Below, piece after piece: positions 39,614-48,434 of a stretch of DNA of 64,000 nt. The stretch lies in contig JACSRX010000037.1 in NCBI GenBank assembly GCA_014879535.1, forward strand, positions 32,629-96,628. Direction: 5' to 3'. Origin of the DNA: Chthoniobacterales bacterium (GTDB taxonomy: Bacteria > Verrucomicrobiota > Verrucomicrobiia > Chthoniobacterales > JACTMZ01). The notes under the pieces were generated by a model. It was given only the letters and a program-made list of their open reading frames with translations, did not search any database and was not told the DNA's origin. The translations under genes were made by a program, and so were the position numbers. Position 1 is the stretch's first letter. Each line of letters opens with the position of its first letter.

Positions 39614-41214
39614 GCACCCCCGCAAAATTCGCCCGCTTCCTCGGATCCCCCCGAGAGCGCGCCTATGTGCTCGCGGAAGCGAAGGGGCAGAAAACCGACA
39701 AGGCCCCTGAGCCTACAGACAACATCATTCAGGCAACGGAGGAGTTGAGGGCGGCCGTGGGTGAGGCGCGACAAATGCGCGAGCTCGGCGACCGCACGGG
39801 CTGGCTACGCAACGCGCACGGCCAGCCGACTGCACCATCTGAAAAATACTGGATAGACCGACTCGCTCAGACGGGGGACTACATATATGACCCCTTGGTG
39901 GACGCGTTTTTCGTCTTCTCGGGTGGTCTGTGGTCTCGCAGGACGCGGGCAGAAACCCGCGAGACAATCGACGCATTCATTCGCGTCGAAGTTGGTGAGG
40001 ACGACACCCTCAACCTCGACAAACTCCTAGGAAAAAAACACCTCGACGTCCTAACCGAGAGGCTTACCGGCCACCGCTGCGTGGTGCGCAGGGATGCTTT
40101 CTCGAGTCCTCCTCATGGGGTGGTCTTGTGCGAAAATGGGCGTTTGCAAATCTCCTCAGAGGGCGAGATTGCCTTCGCCGAGGGCAACCCCGGCGAACGG
40201 GGGGACATGCAGCAAGTCCGCTTGCCGCTTGTTTACGACCCGTCGGCGCGGGCAGAACGGTTCGAGGGTTGGCTCTCTCGCATTTTTTGCGGGCGCGAAG
40301 ATGACACCCAAGCCGTCGCCAAGATGTATGGTGCCGCCCTGTGGGGGAGTTGCAGGTGGAAAAAGATGGTGGTGGTCCATGGGCCCTCCAACCTCGGCAA
40401 ATCCCAAATCCCGCTGATAACTGAGAGGCTGATCGGCCGCCAGCGTGTGGCAGAATTTGAAACGCGACGCCTCGGTGAGAAATTTGAAATGCGCCGATTC
40501 GTGTCGAAGGTATTCCTTCGCGCCGAGGATGTTGATGCGGACTTTATGACGCGTGGATATGCGGATGTGCTAAAGCAACTCACCGGGTTTGGCAGCCTGC
40601 GCGTCGAGGGGAAAAACTCACACGAGGAATTCGAGCTCCGCGGTGATAAGATAATCTGCGCCACCTCAAATTTCCGGCTGCGCGTCCGAACGGACGTGGA
40701 CCGGTCAGCGTGGGAAGAGCGCCTCGTCTACCTCGAATGCGACGGCGAACCCTACAGACGAGAGGAGCAAGACACCTACTACGTTGATTCGCTGTTTTCC
40801 AACAGGGAAGAGGCTGCGGGCATTCTCAACTTTGCGTTGAATGGTCTGCGTGAATTGCTGCTCCACGGTTGGGCGAGGTCGGAACTCCAAATGGGCCGCG
40901 TCCGGCGCGTGATGGAGCAAGGCGAGAGCGTGGCGGAATTTGTCCGCGGGTGCATGACTCCGTCGGGGCCGGAGGAAGATCCCGCGAGGCCGGGGACAAC
41001 GATTTCCGAGGCGTGGGCTTGCTACCTCGAATGGGCAGACACCCACAGGGCGGAGAAATGGCCGGAACGCATTTGGCGTGAAATGATCGTCGAAGCGGTC
41101 GAGCAAGTCCGCGGAAAGACCACGTGCAACAACCTGCCACGCGGAGGCACCGCACAGAGGGGTTGGCGGGGAATCACGCTTCGGCGAAGGGAAACCAAAA
41201 AGGAGGAAGCATGA
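39610..41214 (+). CDS. phage/plasmid primase-helicase, P4/D5 family (SF3 NTPase)
   Basis: 534 aa. D5_N-like region followed by Walker A (VVVHGPSNLGKSQ) and the C-terminal P4-family domain pattern. Confidence 0.8.
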   Translation: MSTPAKFARFLGSPRERAYVLAEAKGQKTDKAPEPTDNIIQATEELRAAVGEARQMRELGDRTGWLRNAHGQPTAPSEKYWIDRLAQTGDYIYDPLVDAFFVFSGGLWSRRTRAETRETIDAFIRVEVGEDDTLNLDKLLGKKHLDVLTERLTGHRCVVRRDAFSSPPHGVVLCENGRLQISSEGEIAFAEGNPGERGDMQQVRLPLVYDPSARAERFEGWLSRIFCGREDDTQAVAKMYGAALWGSCRWKKMVVVHGPSNLGKSQIPLITERLIGRQRVAEFETRRLGEKFEMRRFVSKVFLRAEDVDADFMTRGYADVLKQLTGFGSLRVEGKNSHEEFELRGDKIICATSNFRLRVRTDVDRSAWEERLVYLECDGEPYRREEQDTYYVDSLFSNREEAAGILNFALNGLRELLLHGWARSELQMGRVRRVMEQGESVAEFVRGCMTPSGPEEDPARPGTTISEAWACYLEWADTHRAEKWPERIWREMIVEAVEQVRGKTTCNNLPRGGTAQRGWRGITLRRRETKKEEA

Positions 41215-41567
41215 GCACCCCACAAAAACCTGTCCACGCGGTCTGGAGAGCCGACAAGAAGAACCCGGGACAATGGCTCGTCTTCGGTCCGGCTTGGCTT
41301 TTGAAAGCGCTGGGAGTCGTTCCGATCCAGAAGGCGGATGGTAGCGTCGAACATCGCCGGCTCATTTGGACGTCCATCCCATTTGACGTGGATGGGGTGC
41401 CGCATTGTTACGGGCGCCCTGCTCCCAAACGGTTTTGCGATCACTGTGGGCAGTTCCACAGCCGCGAGGAAGTCCGCGCGGTATTTGGGGGAGCCCCCGG
41501 CACCGGGGCATATTGGAGGCATGGGGAGGAAACCTGCTCCTGTGGCGGGAAGCTCGGAAAAGCGTAG
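41211..41567 (+). CDS. small Cys/His-rich hypothetical protein
   Basis: RBS-like AGGAGGA lies upstream of ATG 41211, which overlaps the primase stop. CDHCGQFH ... CSCGG suggests a zinc ribbon. Confidence 0.5.
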   Translation: MSTPQKPVHAVWRADKKNPGQWLVFGPAWLLKALGVVPIQKADGSVEHRRLIWTSIPFDVDGVPHCYGRPAPKRFCDHCGQFHSREEVRAVFGGAPGTGAYWRHGEETCSCGGKLGKA

Positions 41568-41700
41568 GGAGCAAATGCAAAATTATGGACAGGGCGGTCC
41601 AAGTTGCCTTGTAGAGAGAGTCAAGCCTCCTGCTTATCCGCGGCACTTGCTTTGCCTCCGCAAGGAGGCAGTCCATGCCCCGTGGCCCCGTGGGTAAGGG

Positions 41701-42144
41701 TTAATGAAGCCCAAGATCGCATGGGCGAGTCGACAGTGTGCTGCTTCGAACGATCCCGTTCATGCTGTTGATGTTGGTGAAAGTCTGCCAACCGTGCCCC
41801 GTGAATACCGCCGCACGTCCGGGATCAGGAACAAAGAGAATTAGTTCTTCACCGTCTGTTCTGGGGGTGATGTCGAGAAGTTGACCACCTTGGGAGATCA
41901 CTGAGTGAAATTCAGCTTCGATAAACCGTAGCCGACGCAACTCCCAAATCATCCACCCATAGACCACCGTTCCAAGCCCAGCATTCGCTGCATGTGCGCA
42001 GTTATCGAGGCAATAAGCAGGGCGATAGCGCTTATCAATGCATGTGAATGGAAGGTGAACCGGCTCCTCCTCATTGAGCCCAGCATCACGCAGGAACGCC
42101 CGCACCCTTCCATCAACTTTTATCGGTGTAGTCTGGTGCGCCAT
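41701..42144 (-). CDS. hypothetical protein
   Basis: Start at ATG 42144 (MAHQTTPIKVDGRV...). Lies 11 nt downstream of the preceding minus-strand ORF. No motif recognised. Confidence 0.4.
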   Translation of the reverse strand: MAHQTTPIKVDGRVRAFLRDAGLNEEEPVHLPFTCIDKRYRPAYCLDNCAHAANAGLGTVVYGWMIWELRRLRFIEAEFHSVISQGGQLLDITPRTDGEELILFVPDPGRAAVFTGHGWQTFTNINSMNGIVRSSTLSTRPCDLGLH

Positions 42145-42155
42145 GGGGCTGGTGC

Positions 42156-42494
42156 CTACGAAGCGGAACATCGAAGCTCGAAATCGTATTCTCGGCTGGG
42201 TGTGAGGCTCTGAATCTGCGCAGGAATGAGGTAACGAGACCAATACTGGATTTGAGACGTCGGGATCTTAGAAGGGCCAGTCGGGGCCACTGGCATAGGC
42301 CATGATTGCCACACAACTACGGCGATTTTGCCGACATGAGGACCATCCGGGTCGGCATCTCTGACACGGATGTGGCACGGTCTCCCATGTGGGCTCTCAT
42401 CGTCCACTAGGAGAAGGGTTTTATCGTGAAGGTCACGAATTGCAGTCGTGGGCTCAACCCATACTTCGGCCGTGGAGAGTTGCTGGAGATTCAT
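42156..42494 (-). CDS. hypothetical protein
   Basis: Start at ATG 42494 (MNLQQLSTAEVWVEPTTAIRDLHDKTLLLVDDE...). No motif recognised. Confidence 0.4.
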   Translation of the reverse strand: MNLQQLSTAEVWVEPTTAIRDLHDKTLLLVDDESPHGRPCHIRVRDADPDGPHVGKIAVVVWQSWPMPVAPTGPSKIPTSQIQYWSRYLIPAQIQSLTPSREYDFELRCSAS

Positions 42495-42762
42495 GGGTTC
42501 TATCGTGGGGTAGCGGCATGCGCTGACAACACAAAAGTCGGCTAAACCTGAGGTTTTGGCAGGTGCTCCGACGAGTTGTTGTGTTGCCCATTCTCGCACC
42601 CGGCGCGATCGGGCATGGCGGGGCTCCTTCCGTCCTCGTTCGCCTCGGACGGCTCGGCGTAGGAAAGAGCTGGCAGGCAAGCTGCCGCCATGCCCTCAAA
42701 GCGACCGAGACGACGAAGACAATTTCTCCGGGTCTTCGACCGCTTCGGCATTGTCTCCGCGC

Positions 42763-43938
42763 TCAGTCGCGAGAGTCGGGTGCAAGCGCCCAAAAGGCTG
42801 CGGCGTCGCGATCGCTGACCGCATCCGCGTAGCTCGCGGCGACCACGGCGGGGGAATTACCCATCTCGAACGCGGTGCGGGCCGTGTCTTTCAATTTTTG
42901 GTGCAAGTAGGTGCCGTAGGAGTGACGCAAGGCGTTCTGTGGTATCTTCGCTCCAGCCAAGTTTTCCAACTTGGCGAGCTCTTCGAGCCATGCCCATACG
43001 CGAGCCTTGAACGCGGGTCGCGCGGCGAAGATCGGGCCGGTTTTCGGCCGCTTGCTTGGCAACCAACGGAGCAAGGCCGGCTCGACGGAAACCGACCTCG
43101 GGCGGCCGGTCTTGGTGCGTTGCACGCGGAGGGTGTCGGCCTTGAGGTCTTCCCACTTCGCCAGGGCCATTTCATCGTTTCTGAGGCCAGCGAAAAGTTT
43201 AAGGGCGAGGGCGGGGAGAAGATCGGGGCGCTGTTTCTTGGCTGCGAGCAGCAGCGCACGGCACTGGGGAACGGTGAGGATTTCGGGGCGGCCGCGGACA
43301 ACGCGTGGGCGCGTGATTGCCTCGGCGGGGTTGCGGGTGAGCCAGCCTTGCTTTTTGGAAAACTCGGCCAAGACGGAAAAATACCGCAACCGCTTGACAC
43401 GTTGCGATTGGCTTGGCGCCTTGCCCTTCGCGTCTTTGCCGTCCACGGTGATCCGCAGTTCTTCGGCGGTGAGGGCGGACAAGCTTTTCTTTTCATGCCC
43501 GCGTAGCAGGCGGGCGAGCTTGGCTTTGAGCTCGAGACAATGGCGGCGCGAGAGGCCGGCGTCGAGGCGATCCGCGTAGAGTGCGGCGATTGCTTCGGCA
43601 ACCGTTTTGGATTCGCCTGCCGCGTGTTGGCTCTCCCAAAAAAATGCCGCCTCAACCAACGAAGCGCGGCCGCTGAGTTTCGCCAAGGCGGCCTTGGCGT
43701 CGGCAATTTGGAGGGGGGAGAGTTCGGCGGCGACGGCCTCCGCTTGTAAAGGGTGCAGCTCTGCCCACCGTTCATCAATCCAAGCGCGGGCGGCGTCGAG
43801 TGAAGCGAAGCCGCGCCGTTCCGGGGCCATGCCGGGGCCGAGGAACTTGGCGGAGAGCCAGACGCGATAGACAGTGCGGGATGGCGTCGGGTGCTCGATG
43901 AAGATACGCGAGCCGAGGGGGAGCTTGCGCTTTGCCAT
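42763..43938 (-). CDS. int: tyrosine recombinase / phage-type integrase
   Basis: 391 aa. The C-terminal catalytic region shows GLRNDEMALAKWEDL (Arg), ALRHSYGTYLH (His-x-x-Arg-region context) and AASYAD (Tyr). Lies next to the right att repeat. Confidence 0.85.
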   Translation of the reverse strand: MAKRKLPLGSRIFIEHPTPSRTVYRVWLSAKFLGPGMAPERRGFASLDAARAWIDERWAELHPLQAEAVAAELSPLQIADAKAALAKLSGRASLVEAAFFWESQHAAGESKTVAEAIAALYADRLDAGLSRRHCLELKAKLARLLRGHEKKSLSALTAEELRITVDGKDAKGKAPSQSQRVKRLRYFSVLAEFSKKQGWLTRNPAEAITRPRVVRGRPEILTVPQCRALLLAAKKQRPDLLPALALKLFAGLRNDEMALAKWEDLKADTLRVQRTKTGRPRSVSVEPALLRWLPSKRPKTGPIFAARPAFKARVWAWLEELAKLENLAGAKIPQNALRHSYGTYLHQKLKDTARTAFEMGNSPAVVAASYADAVSDRDAAAFWALAPDSRD

Positions 43939-43981
43939 GGGCGGAAGAAAACTTCCCCCAAATGGAAAAGAAAAGGTTTTT

Positions 43982-43998
43982 CTCCACTTTTTTCCACT
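43982..43998 (+). promoter_or_regulatory. putative integrase arm-type site, right arm
   Basis: CTCCACTTTTTTCCACT is 16/17 identical to 14596-14612. It lies between the int start (43938) and the att repeat (44016). Confidence 0.4.
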
Positions 43999-44015
43999 TT
44001 CTTTTCTTTACCTAC

Positions 44016-44083
44016 GCAGGCGCAACGGCCTTAAAATCCGTTGGGAGGAAACTCCCGTGCGGGTTCAAGTCCCGCCGCCGGCA
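44016..44083 (+). repeat. attR-side direct repeat (partial tRNA-Leu 3' copy)
   Basis: 68 nt matching 14461-14528 with 2 mismatches. It lacks the acceptor 5' strand and D-arm. One mismatch would disrupt the anticodon stem. Confidence 0.85.
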
Positions 44084-44098
44084 GCCGGCAATTGCACG

Positions 44099-44830
44099 AT
44101 GTCCAACACTCCCATGAACCGACGCACATATCTTCTCCGCAGGAGCAGACACCTGCTGCCAATCTGCGGTGTCCTGCTCCTGTGCATATGCCCCGCGAGC
44201 CTGTTGGCGGGTAGCAGATGGAAGGAACTGACCGACTGCCGGTTGATTCCACAGGATTACAACGACGGCGACTCCTTTCATGTGGATTGCCAAGGCAAGG
44301 AATACATCTTCCGCCTGTATTTCGTGGATGCACCCGAGAGTGATGACTCCATTCCAAGCCGGGTCGCTGAGCAGGCGGCTCACTTCAAGAAGTCCGCTTC
44401 AAGAATGCTGGAGGTGGGGCAACATGCAAAAAAAGTCACGGCGCAGTTGCTTTCCCGTCCATTCACGGTCTTGACGACATTCGAGGACGCCAAGGGGCGC
44501 AGTCAGCTCCCGCGTGAGTTTGCTTTCGTGACCACCGGGGACGGCAAGGATTTGGGCGAGGTTTTGGTGAGCCAGGGTCTGGCCCGCTCCTTTGGTGCCC
44601 CGGCGAGCCCCCCCGGAAAGACGGAGGAGGAACTCCGCTCGAAATACGACCACCTCGAACGGACCGCGCGGCGCGAAAGACTGGGCGCATGGGGCAACGG
44701 GGACGAGTTTCGTGGGGATCAGCCGGCCGAGGCCAAAGCGGCGGAGGACAAACCGGGCGAGACTCATGAGGATTTCACGGACAAAACCATGGACAAGCTC
44801 CAGTCCATGACACAGGAGTTTGTTGAGTAG
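44099..44830 (+). CDS. SNase-like (thermonuclease family) exported protein, chromosomal paralog of 20274-21164
   Basis: Start at ATG 44099. Signal/anchor LLPICGVLLLCICPASLLAG. SNase pattern DGDSFHV...FRLYFVDAPES. By hand alignment about 79/126 core positions are identical to the island copy. No GcrA-like tail. Confidence 0.65.
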   Translation: MSNTPMNRRTYLLRRSRHLLPICGVLLLCICPASLLAGSRWKELTDCRLIPQDYNDGDSFHVDCQGKEYIFRLYFVDAPESDDSIPSRVAEQAAHFKKSASRMLEVGQHAKKVTAQLLSRPFTVLTTFEDAKGRSQLPREFAFVTTGDGKDLGEVLVSQGLARSFGAPASPPGKTEEELRSKYDHLERTARRERLGAWGNGDEFRGDQPAEAKAAEDKPGETHEDFTDKTMDKLQSMTQEFVE

Positions 44831-44951
44831 CAGTGGATGGCGACCGGGGTGGTGGTCGCTGCCGGATCCTTGTGCAGATTGACGTTGGGCGTGGGCACCG
44901 GTATACCTTTCCCCCTCGCAAGACGGGGCATTTCCCGTCCTGCGTCCTGTC

Positions 44952-45024
44952 GCCGACGTAGCTCAGCTGGTAGAGCAGCTGATTCGTAATCAGCAGGTCA
45001 CGGGTTCGAGTCCCGTCGTCGGCT
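44952..45024 (+). tRNA. tRNA-Thr (anticodon CGT)
   Basis: Hand fold. Acceptor GCCGACG/CGTCGGC. D-arm GCTC-AGCTGGTA-GAGC. Anticodon stem GCTGA/TCAGC with loop TTCGTAA. T-arm ACGGG-TTCGAGT-CCCGT. Confidence 0.9.
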
Positions 45025-45039
45025 TTTTCCCAATCGCCT

Positions 45040-45582
45040 TTACGCGGCAGCGCGGCCCAATGCGGCGAGTTTTCGGACGGTGTTCCAATTCCGTGCCGTG
45101 TTTTCCACGCCGATCCATGGGTCGAATTTCCCGGCCATCTTGCTGCGTCCGAAGCCATGGGGCGTGTGAAGGTAGGCCACGCGGCCGATGATCTCCAGTG
45201 CCTCGCCCTTGACCGCACGCTCGCGGATGCGTCCGACATCCTCCGGCTTCGGGGCGCTTTCGAGCACCGCGGCATGGACGCTGGTTGGTGCGGCATTGGC
45301 GGCGTCGGCAAACGGGTTGCGCGCGATCAAAGCCTCCCATTCGGCGAGCGTCGGTGCGAAGATCGCCTTGTGGAAATCGAAATGAACCCGGCAGATTTCC
45401 GCAATGGTGGCGATGACCTTCTCCCGGCCCAGGGGGCTGCGGACAACCGCGTTGCCGCTGTTGATGCAGGTGGCGGCATGTTCAAATCCCGCCGCGGTGA
45501 GTTTCTCGCGGAGGGCCTTGACGGGCAGCTGTGTCTTACCGCCGACACCGCGGAAGAGAATGAGGTAAACCGTGCGTTTCAT
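45040..45582 (-). CDS. DUF1697 family protein
   Basis: Start at ATG 45582 (MKRTVYLILFRGVGGKTQLPVKALREKL...NSGNAVV), which matches the characteristic DUF1697 N-terminus. Confidence 0.7.
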   Translation of the reverse strand: MKRTVYLILFRGVGGKTQLPVKALREKLTAAGFEHAATCINSGNAVVRSPLGREKVIATIAEICRVHFDFHKAIFAPTLAEWEALIARNPFADAANAAPTSVHAAVLESAPKPEDVGRIRERAVKGEALEIIGRVAYLHTPHGFGRSKMAGKFDPWIGVENTARNWNTVRKLAALGRAAA

Positions 45583-45628
45583 TGGTGAATCCATCACGCC
45601 CTCCGAGGGGCGGTTTGACACGGCCGGC

Positions 45629-45910
45629 ATGGCGCGTGGCGAGCCGGGTGTGCCGGCTTCCTTTCGATGGCGCGATCGGGAATGGGAGGTGGCCGAGGTG
45701 CTGGAGACGTGGAAGGAGCACGGGGACTGCACACACGGCAGCGGGGAGCGTTACGTGAGGAAACATGGATTCCGCCTGCGCACGACGGATGGCGCGGTGT
45801 TCAAGGTGTATTTCCAGAGACACTTCGGGAAAGCCAGACGCGGGGGGCGCTGGTGGATTCAAAGCATGGCGGACCAAGCGCCGCCAGCAAAAGGGAACCA
45901 GAGGCAATAG
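45629..45910 (+). CDS. small conserved hypothetical protein
   Basis: ATG 45629 is preferred because it avoids overlap with the divergent gene. The sequence FRWRDREWEVAEVLETWKE...RWWIQS looks like a real conserved small protein, but I cannot name the family. Confidence 0.4.
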   Translation: MARGEPGVPASFRWRDREWEVAEVLETWKEHGDCTHGSGERYVRKHGFRLRTTDGAVFKVYFQRHFGKARRGGRWWIQSMADQAPPAKGNQRQ

Positions 45911-46052
45911 TCGTGCAGGCGGCCGGATCCGGGAGAGATCTTTCGTGGAAGCGCAATGCCTTGACGATAAACGTGTTGCCATTGCGCCAAATGACAAGGT
46001 CGGCGGCATTGGAATTCGGCCCCGAATGCCGCTATCATGAAGCTCAACCAGC

Positions 46053-48434
46053 TTGAACAACGAGCACTTCGTTTTTCTGGACGTTTCGGGGCGGCGGTGG
46101 CCGCGACTGCGCCGAATTCTGCTGGTTTTGCTGGTGGTGCTGTTGGCGGCCACGGTCGTTTTTGTGCGGTTCCTTTTCGTGGTGCCCCACCTCGACATGC
46201 CGGTGCTGATGCGCGACCTCCGCACAAGCTTCCGTGCCGTTGATGGGAAACAAGGGGCTTCCCCGCGCCAGACGGACAATCTCTGGGACAAGTATCTCGG
46301 GAGGAACCGGCCATCGGGGGGGGCGGTAGTGCAGCCGCGATCGCCGGGGAGGCCATCCGCACGTTACAAGGGGGAGGAAGTTCGTGCCGCTTATTGCCCG
46401 GCGGGCAGCGCGTCGGCGTTGGTTGATCTGGCAAAGCATGGAGATCAGCTCACCCACCTGCTTCCGGAATGGGGCACATTGTCCGCGGATGGCGGCCTCG
46501 AGGCTGAAATGGACGAGGCGGTGCAAGGTTTGGCTGCCGACAACCGTTTGCTGCTCATCCCGGTGCTGGGCAATCTGCAGGGCGACCGATGGGCACCGGA
46601 AAATGTCGAGCGCTTGATGGCATCACCGCGAGCGGAGGGGCAACTGACCCGACTGTTGATAGACGGCCTCCACAAAGTCGATGCCGCCGGTGTTCTGCTG
46701 GATTGGCAGGAGTTGCCAGCCCCCCGGCGGGACGGTCTTACGAAGCTGATCGGGAGGCTGGCCGTCCGACTTCACGACGCGGGATTTCAGTTGTGGCTTT
46801 CCGTGCCCATGGGGGAGGAGATGGAGGTCTTCGATCTGCAGGCTTTGTCGGCCTCGGTGGACCGATTTGTGGCCCAACTGCACGACGAGAATTCCGAGTC
46901 GGACAAACCGGGGCCCGTGGCCTCGCAGGATTGGTTCGAGGGTTGGCTGCAGGTGGCGGCGTCGTATGGGCGCCCGGAACAGTGGGTCGCCGCCATCGGT
47001 GCTTACGGTTACGATTGGCCGGCCGGGCGCCACGGAAACACCATCGGATTCCTCGATGCCATGACGCTGGCCCGCTATGCGGATGTGCCGGACATCCGGG
47101 TGGAGTCTCCGCTCTTCAATCCTCATTTCGAATACCTGGATGACAACATCGGCCATGAGGTGTGGTTCCTCGATGCCACGACCTTCCTCAACCAGCGCCG
47201 TTCCGCAGCATGGATGGGACTGGGCGGATTCGCGCTGGACTCCCTCGGCTTGGAGGATCCCTCCGTCTGGCAGACATTCGACACGGCCTTGAAGGACAAA
47301 GTCACGGCTGCCGACCTCGTGCCGCTCAAGGGTTTGTCCTCAGGAGTGAACATAGCGCACATTGGCAACGGGGAATTCCTGACCGCGGATTTGTTCCGGC
47401 AGGATGGCGAACGCGACCTGTGGGCGGACACCGGGGATCGTTTCGGTGCCTCCTACCGCAAGTTGCCCGCCTACGCCATGCTCTATCACAGCGGAGGTGG
47501 CGAGGCGCACGAGGTGGCGATCACCTTTGATGACGGTCCCGACCCGGAATGGACGCCCCGGGTGCTTGACATCCTCAAAGGCGAAGGGGTCACCGCGGCG
47601 TTTTTCATCGTCGGCCGCAATGGCGAAAGTTATCCGGAATTGCTGCAGCGGATCGTAGAGGAGGGGCATGAGATCGGCGTCCACACCTACACGCATGCCA
47701 ACCTTTCGGAGAGTTCGCCGCAGCACGAGCTCCTGGAGCTCAATGCGACGCAGCGGCTGATCCAGGTGACCACGGGCGTGTCCACGGCACTTTTCCGTCC
47801 GCCCTACAATGCCGACACCCGGCCGGGCAGCTTCGATGACATCGTGCCCATCGGCATGGCAGGTCAGCTCGGATACATCACGGTGTGCGAGAACATAGAT
47901 CCCGAGGATTGGAGTCTTCCCGGGGCGGAGGCCATCGTGAGCCGCGTGCTCCGCCAGCGCACGGATGGAAGCATCGTCCTGCTCCATGATGCCGGGGGCG
48001 ATCGTCAGCAGACGATCGAGGCGCTGCCGGACTTGATCAAGGCCTTGAAGGCGCGCGGGGACAAGATCGTGCCTCTGTCGCAGCTTGTCGGGATTCCGAG
48101 GGGGGAATTGATGCCGCGTGTGGAGACGAACGCGGAGTTCATGCCGCTGCTTGTCAGCGGGGCCGGGTTCGGGGTGTGGCGTGCCATGGAGGAGTTCCTG
48201 TGGGCTTTCATGATCGTCGCAACGATCTTGGTGGCGGTCCGCACGATCTTCGTCGTGGTGCTGGCGCTGATGCATTCGCGTCGAATGGGCCGCGGAGCCG
48301 CGCCCAGCGATTCCGCGCCCGGTGTTTCGGTGATCATCGCCGCCTACAACGAGTCGAAAGTCATCGAAGCCACCGTGCGCTCGGTGCTTGCCACGGATTA
48401 CCGGGGGGGGGCTCGAGGTGATCGTGGTGGATGA
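46053..48434 (+). CDS. membrane-anchored GH18-like / NodB polysaccharide deacetylase protein; N-terminal fragment of a deacetylase-glycosyltransferase fusion (frameshifted)
   Basis: TTG start and N-terminal TM segment. NodB motif AITFDDGPDPEWTPRVLDIL...HEIGVHTYTH. A C-terminal TM is followed by the start of GT2 (VSVIIAAYNESKVIEATVRSVLATDY), which is then lost at the G9 run. Confidence 0.8.
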   Translation: MNNEHFVFLDVSGRRWPRLRRILLVLLVVLLAATVVFVRFLFVVPHLDMPVLMRDLRTSFRAVDGKQGASPRQTDNLWDKYLGRNRPSGGAVVQPRSPGRPSARYKGEEVRAAYCPAGSASALVDLAKHGDQLTHLLPEWGTLSADGGLEAEMDEAVQGLAADNRLLLIPVLGNLQGDRWAPENVERLMASPRAEGQLTRLLIDGLHKVDAAGVLLDWQELPAPRRDGLTKLIGRLAVRLHDAGFQLWLSVPMGEEMEVFDLQALSASVDRFVAQLHDENSESDKPGPVASQDWFEGWLQVAASYGRPEQWVAAIGAYGYDWPAGRHGNTIGFLDAMTLARYADVPDIRVESPLFNPHFEYLDDNIGHEVWFLDATTFLNQRRSAAWMGLGGFALDSLGLEDPSVWQTFDTALKDKVTAADLVPLKGLSSGVNIAHIGNGEFLTADLFRQDGERDLWADTGDRFGASYRKLPAYAMLYHSGGGEAHEVAITFDDGPDPEWTPRVLDILKGEGVTAAFFIVGRNGESYPELLQRIVEEGHEIGVHTYTHANLSESSPQHELLELNATQRLIQVTTGVSTALFRPPYNADTRPGSFDDIVPIGMAGQLGYITVCENIDPEDWSLPGAEAIVSRVLRQRTDGSIVLLHDAGGDRQQTIEALPDLIKALKARGDKIVPLSQLVGIPRGELMPRVETNAEFMPLLVSGAGFGVWRAMEEFLWAFMIVATILVAVRTIFVVVLALMHSRRMGRGAAPSDSAPGVSVIIAAYNESKVIEATVRSVLATDYRGGARGDRGG

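Larger units (their letters stand above)
14461..44083. mobile_element. integrative (probably mobilizable) genomic island inserted in tRNA-Leu
   Basis: Flanking 68-bp direct repeats derived from the tRNA 3' end. A tyrosine integrase sits next to the right repeat. The element carries an excisionase-like HTH, a P4/D5 primase and an HUH Mob/Rep-like gene. No phage structural genes or T4SS genes are visible. Confidence 0.8.
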
